A stretch of 48,707 bases of DNA, the filler included, from Bipalium vagum (taxonomy: Eukaryota): NCBI GenBank assembly GCA_037834085.1. It is 2 parts of 2 records of this genome, joined end to end, with 100 filler letters (N's around TTAATTAATTAA, not from the genome) between each part and the next. Parts side by side here need not be neighbours in the genome. Positions count along the whole stretch, not along the records: positions 24,237 to 48,707 come from JBBMKC010200830.1; 1 more part is not named here. One strand, given 5' to 3'. This document shows positions 47,904 to 48,707 of this stretch, one piece after another (the first letter of the stretch is position 1; every line of letters starts with the position of its first letter). A program made the translations under genes and the position numbers. A model generated the notes under the pieces. The model saw nothing but the letters and a program-made list of their open reading frames with translations, did no database searches and was not told the origin of the DNA.

Positions 47904-48707
47904 AAGACTTATTTTTGTTTCGTTAATTTGTTTTTGAAATTCCAATATTTTCTAAGAATTCATTGGGTTATCTTAAGAAATATAAAATCTATTTTAATAT
48001 GAAAATTTGAAAGTGAGAATCTAGTTTTGCACTCTTACTATTAGTGAGAAAAATAAGAATTGAAGCAAACAACAGAACCCCATAAATTTGAATTTAATTT
48101 TTTTCCAATGTCAAATATAATAAACCCATTTTGATTTTTTTAATTTTATGAATACCGAATATGGAATTTTGAATGTTTGTTTGAAGTCTTACTTTTCCCA
48201 CTATCAATTTTTTCAAAGTTCAAATTTTTCTTGTTTAATTTTTAATATAACCCAATCTGGTTTTAATTGTTTTAATTTTTCATGAAATTTAAAAAATTTT
48301 TAATTTTACAAATTTTAAGAATTTCATGAATTTTTAAATTTATTAACTCATTATTTCTTACATAATAAACAATTTATTATTATGAAAATGATTGAAACCA
48401 GAGAGGATTTATTTTTTATTGAATTTAATAAAATTGTTTTAAAAAATCATTAATTTTTCATTTGAAATCTAAAAATCATAAGGAAACTTTAAATAAAATA
48501 GATATTAATATTTTTAAGGAACAACCTAGAAATAATTCTTTTATATACAGTTTGGTCCAACGAATTGTCCACCCCTTTAGAAAATCCACAAATTTGTAAT
48601 TTTGGTAATAAAAGTTAAATAATTTAACACTTATTTAAATAAAATGTGTTTAAATAAGCTAAATTGTTTATTTTAGCGATATTTTGATTTAAATAAAACT
48701 AATGGCG

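Noticed and set aside
1-48707. CRISPR arrays, operons or prokaryotic defence systems
   Set aside because: The sequence is eukaryotic with spliceosomal introns; no regularly spaced repeat-spacer array was seen.

Overview
Very AT-rich eukaryotic (metazoan) DNA with short introns of about 47-75 nt, long (AAT)n runs and many decayed transposons. These traits, plus a ciliary gene, suggest a flatworm-like or planarian-like invertebrate (inference only). Spliced genes I could rebuild by hand: a complete 8-exon G-protein alpha-o (354 aa); a 9-exon CCDC63/ODAD1 outer-dynein-arm docking subunit (about 547 aa, probably with one GC-AG intron); a 4-finger C2H2 zinc-finger gene; and the 3' part of a short LDLa x3 + Ig protein resembling perlecan domain II that stops right after the Ig domain. 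There are also two intronless orphan ORFs: a 1162-aa protein with GC3-rich codons and an internal duplication, and a 462-aa protein ending in a SUMO-like domain. Intergenic and intronic space holds about 14 Tc1/mariner relics from several lineages, a hAT relic, a Ty3/gypsy relic, a Polinton-type integrase relic, and a Penelope-like GIY-YIG 3' end. The most notable non-coding signal is a pair of related minimal hammerhead-ribozyme motifs: a decayed one at 6.4 kb downstream of the GIY-YIG and one with an intact core at 28.2 kb. A tRNA-Ala-like pseudogene is also present. The N44-TTAATTAATTAA-N44 block at 24137-24236 looks like an artificial contig linker, so the two halves of the window may not be adjacent in the genome. 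All family calls come from motif recognition by eye; no searches were run.
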